From contig OY762463.1 in the NCBI GenBank assembly GCA_963665815.1, forward strand, positions 2,912,001 through 2,976,000: a stretch of 64,000 nucleotides of DNA, given 5' to 3'. This DNA is from Candidatus Cloacimonadales bacterium (GTDB taxonomy: Bacteria; Cloacimonadota; Cloacimonadia; Cloacimonadales; JAIOQZ01). This document shows, in pieces, positions 61,850 to 64,000 of the stretch. The notes below the pieces were generated by a model that saw only the letters and a list, made by a program, of their open reading frames with translations, did not search any database and was not told the origin of the DNA. The translations under genes and the position numbers were made by a program. Position 1 is the stretch's first letter. Every line of letters starts with the position of its first letter.

Positions 61850-62134
61850 TCAATCTGAGTCAGGGTGTAAAACTACCGCTGAATTATCTAATCTCTCAAA
61901 CTCTCGTTTCAGTTCTTCTTTAACTTCTTTCGGTAAGCTGTGCCAGCGGATTCCCCTGATCGCACCTTCCAATGCATACAGCATATTTATACAGCCGGAA
62001 TCCGATTCAAGTCTTATTTTCTGCAATGCATTCTGACTACCGGTTCCAATTAACTTTTCGGGAGTATCGATCCCTACTGATATCAGTTTGTCAGCTAGTG
62101 TTTTTCCAATATTTGGTAGATCAGTCAGTTGCAA
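61850..62134 (-). CDS. TfoX C-terminal domain protein
   Basis: LTDLPNIG...L..VGI.T..L...G; LYALEGAIRG..W. Confidence 0.85.
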   Translation of the reverse strand: MQLTDLPNIGKTLADKLISVGIDTPEKLIGTGSQNALQKIRLESDSGCINMLYALEGAIRGIRWHSLPKEVKEELKREFERLDNSAVVLHPDSD

Positions 62135-62462
62135 AATTCACCTCATCAAATGCTTTCAGGGCCGAAGGCAACGCCCGAGTTACTTTGTGTCCTACTGCAG
62201 GTAAACCCAGCATTATTGCACTGATTATCTCATCTCTGGTTATACCCTGTTCTTTAGCTTCCAAAACATGGAACGGTATTCCTGAATGATTGCCTGTCAC
62301 TGCCAGTACAGCAAGATAGGCTAGACTATAGGTCTTTGCATCCAGACTGCTTGCTCCGGAAATCTTTCCTATCATCTCTCTCCAGGCTTCTGCCTGCTTA
62401 GGGGCTTGTGTCATAAATGCTTTGAATGCATCACTTATGTAATCGTATTTGTTCATGTTCAC
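62121..62462 (-). CDS. Carboxymuconolactone decarboxylase (CMD) family protein, no CxxC
   Basis: SLDAKT..LAYLAVLA...GIPFHV..AK..G.TRDEI. Confidence 0.8.
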   Translation of the reverse strand: MNMNKYDYISDAFKAFMTQAPKQAEAWREMIGKISGASSLDAKTYSLAYLAVLAVTGNHSGIPFHVLEAKEQGITRDEIISAIMLGLPAVGHKVTRALPSALKAFDEVNFATD

Positions 62463-62713
62463 TCCTTATGCATTTTCTGCCAGTGAGGAAGCTTCATCAG
62501 ATTGAATTTTGCCGTTTCTCTTGCTTCTTTTTCTGTTACACCGGTTCTTTTCATTATGAAATCCGTCATATCTTCTACTTTCTGATCGAATGTTTTCATG
62601 TTTCCATTTTCATCGGTGCAGTATACACAGAAGTTTCTGGTTGCATCTCCGTTGCTGAACTGCTCAGCCGTTTCCATTGGCATTCCACAGCAAATACATA
62701 CTTTTTTATCCAT
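62459..62713 (-). CDS. Putative zinc-ribbon domain protein
   Basis: CICCGMPM...FCVYC...LPHW. Confidence 0.8.
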   Translation of the reverse strand: MDKKVCICCGMPMETAEQFSNGDATRNFCVYCTDENGNMKTFDQKVEDMTDFIMKRTGVTEKEARETAKFNLMKLPHWQKMHKE

Positions 62714-62725
62714 AGTCCTGTCCTT

Positions 62726-63322
62726 TTAATGATTAGGCTGCCAAGGATATTCTCCAGCAACAGCCAGGGTTGTTTTTATAATTGTTTGACTCTTATGTTT
62801 TATAACACTTCCGGATTCAGCGAATTTCTTCTTATGTCTGAGATAATACTCCAGTTGCGAGAAAAACACATTGATTATCTCGGTAGGACTGAAATCAAAG
62901 GTCGTTGTTTTCAATCGGCTGAATACCCCGTCTCTCACAATTACTTCCACAGCAAGAATGATTCTCTGAATATCTTCAGAATACAACGGATACTCGACTG
63001 CTATCATTGAGTAAAAATCCTCGTTTTTTGCAACGAAATTCAGATATTCTCTCAAGTAAGCAGTCAGTTCTGAAGTTTCAATTGATTTAAGCTCTGTGAA
63101 GAACGAGCCTGTCATTTCCATGAGGATTTCTCGGATAAGATGATCGACATTTTCAAAATGAGCGAATAGCGTTCCGTTAGCAATTCCGCACTCACGGGCA
63201 ATCATTCTTGAGCTGGTATTCAGTATACCGTGATGAATAAACAGCTCTTTTGTCTTATAAAGAATAGTATTTCTAGTATTCTTTTTTGCGGTTTTTCTTT
63301 TGTTTTTCTTTTCGTTGAGCAT
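62726..63322 (-). CDS. TetR/AcrR family transcriptional regulator
   Basis: TRNTIL....LF...G...TS...IARECGIANGTLFAHF. Confidence 0.88.
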   Translation of the reverse strand: MLNEKKNKRKTAKKNTRNTILYKTKELFIHHGILNTSSRMIARECGIANGTLFAHFENVDHLIREILMEMTGSFFTELKSIETSELTAYLREYLNFVAKNEDFYSMIAVEYPLYSEDIQRIILAVEVIVRDGVFSRLKTTTFDFSPTEIINVFFSQLEYYLRHKKKFAESGSVIKHKSQTIIKTTLAVAGEYPWQPNH

Positions 63323-63573
63323 GTGCTCAAGGTATAGGGATATGCATTTTCATGTCAACAAATTATTTCTGTTCATGTTTGAGTTAAAATCTTTTGACAA
63401 TAATAGCCACAAACATTTTCTTGTTTTCAGTAGAGTCTTAACATTCGAAGATAAAGTAGTAATCGGGGTAATCAGTTAACATTCAGAAAGCTTTGCATAA
63501 TTGCAAAATCGAGTCAACTACACCGATCAGGCAAAGATCTCATTCATTAAAAGTAAAAACAAAAGGGGTAATT

Positions 63574-63897
63574 ATGAAAAAGAGAATTCATCTTGATTCA
63601 TTCCATGTTGCCGGATTCCAGTACTACAATGGGGCATCTGTCTGGGCAGAGCTGGAGTTGGGGACAAAGCTGGACTTAGTTCCGGAACCTGAAAACAGAC
63701 ATGATGAACATGCTGTGGCAATCACGTACAAAAACAGTAAAATAGGATTTGTTCCATCTCAGAGGAATACTATGCTGGCAAAGCTTTTGAATGCAGGATA
63801 TCTGAGCAGAGCATTGGAATTGATCGTACAGAAAAAAGATTCAAGTGAACATACTGAAAGACAATTGTATGTAGGATTGTTTATCAAAGAAAAATAG
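63574..63897 (+). CDS. Stand-alone HIRAN domain protein
   Basis: FHVAGFQYY, LVPEPENRHDEHAV, KIGFVP; ATG 63574 after AGGGG. Confidence 0.85.
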   Translation: MKKRIHLDSFHVAGFQYYNGASVWAELELGTKLDLVPEPENRHDEHAVAITYKNSKIGFVPSQRNTMLAKLLNAGYLSRALELIVQKKDSSEHTERQLYVGLFIKEK

Positions 63898-63916
63898 CGT
63901 ATTTGAAATCAATAAT

Positions 63917-63949
63917 AAAAAAGGACTTCCTTTTTGAGGGAAGTCCTTT
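63917..63949. terminator. Bidirectional terminator-like hairpin
   Basis: AAAAAAGGACTTCC...GGAAGTCCTTT. Confidence 0.7.
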
Positions 63950-64000
63950 AATATTTATGGGCACCGCCCCCTAAAGTGTGTCTGATTTGACAAGAAATAG

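Noticed and set aside
62426-63010. 194-aa plus-strand ORF and the many other 60-220 aa antisense or nested ORFs in the track
   Set aside because: They overlap well-supported genes on the opposite strand or in another frame and have no recognisable motifs.
63955-64000. Possible 3' end of a minus-strand gene or ncRNA (GC-rich GGGGCGGTGCCC before the terminator)
   Set aside because: Truncated by the window edge, with too little sequence to call.

Overview
AT-rich bacterial chromosomal window. Several secreted proteins end in the '[10 protein letters not shown]...YN.KGQ.V' FlgD-Ig/T9SS-type tail, which suggests an FCB-group anaerobe, most like Cloacimonadota (inference). It carries housekeeping genes (queH, rnhC, xseA, dxs, mnmE, polA), a PadR-TolC-MFP-RND efflux operon, a two-component pair, large modular secreted proteins and repeat-rich intergenic regions. 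The standout is an 8-gene minus-strand operon (47494-58726): saccharopine dehydrogenase, an animal/plant-type lysine-ketoglutarate reductase, a CitD-CitE fusion lacking the canonical ACP serine, CitF, a Lys12-like homoisocitrate dehydrogenase, an HD protein and two single-chain homoaconitase-like enzymes. I read it as a candidate 'reverse alpha-aminoadipate' lysine pathway ending in a homocitrate lyase, or as a fungal-type lysine synthesis with a new homocitrate-forming step. Other highlights are a ferredoxin/archaeal-type geranylgeranyl reductase/polyprenol kinase/GT2 cluster, an ATPase gene bracketed by 40-bp palindromic direct repeats, a lipoprotein array with identical 156-bp 3' ends and shared leaders, a MITE pair with a recurrent palindromic core swap, and an FG-GAP gene split by a single in-frame TGA. 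All family calls come from motifs recognised by eye; no searches were run.
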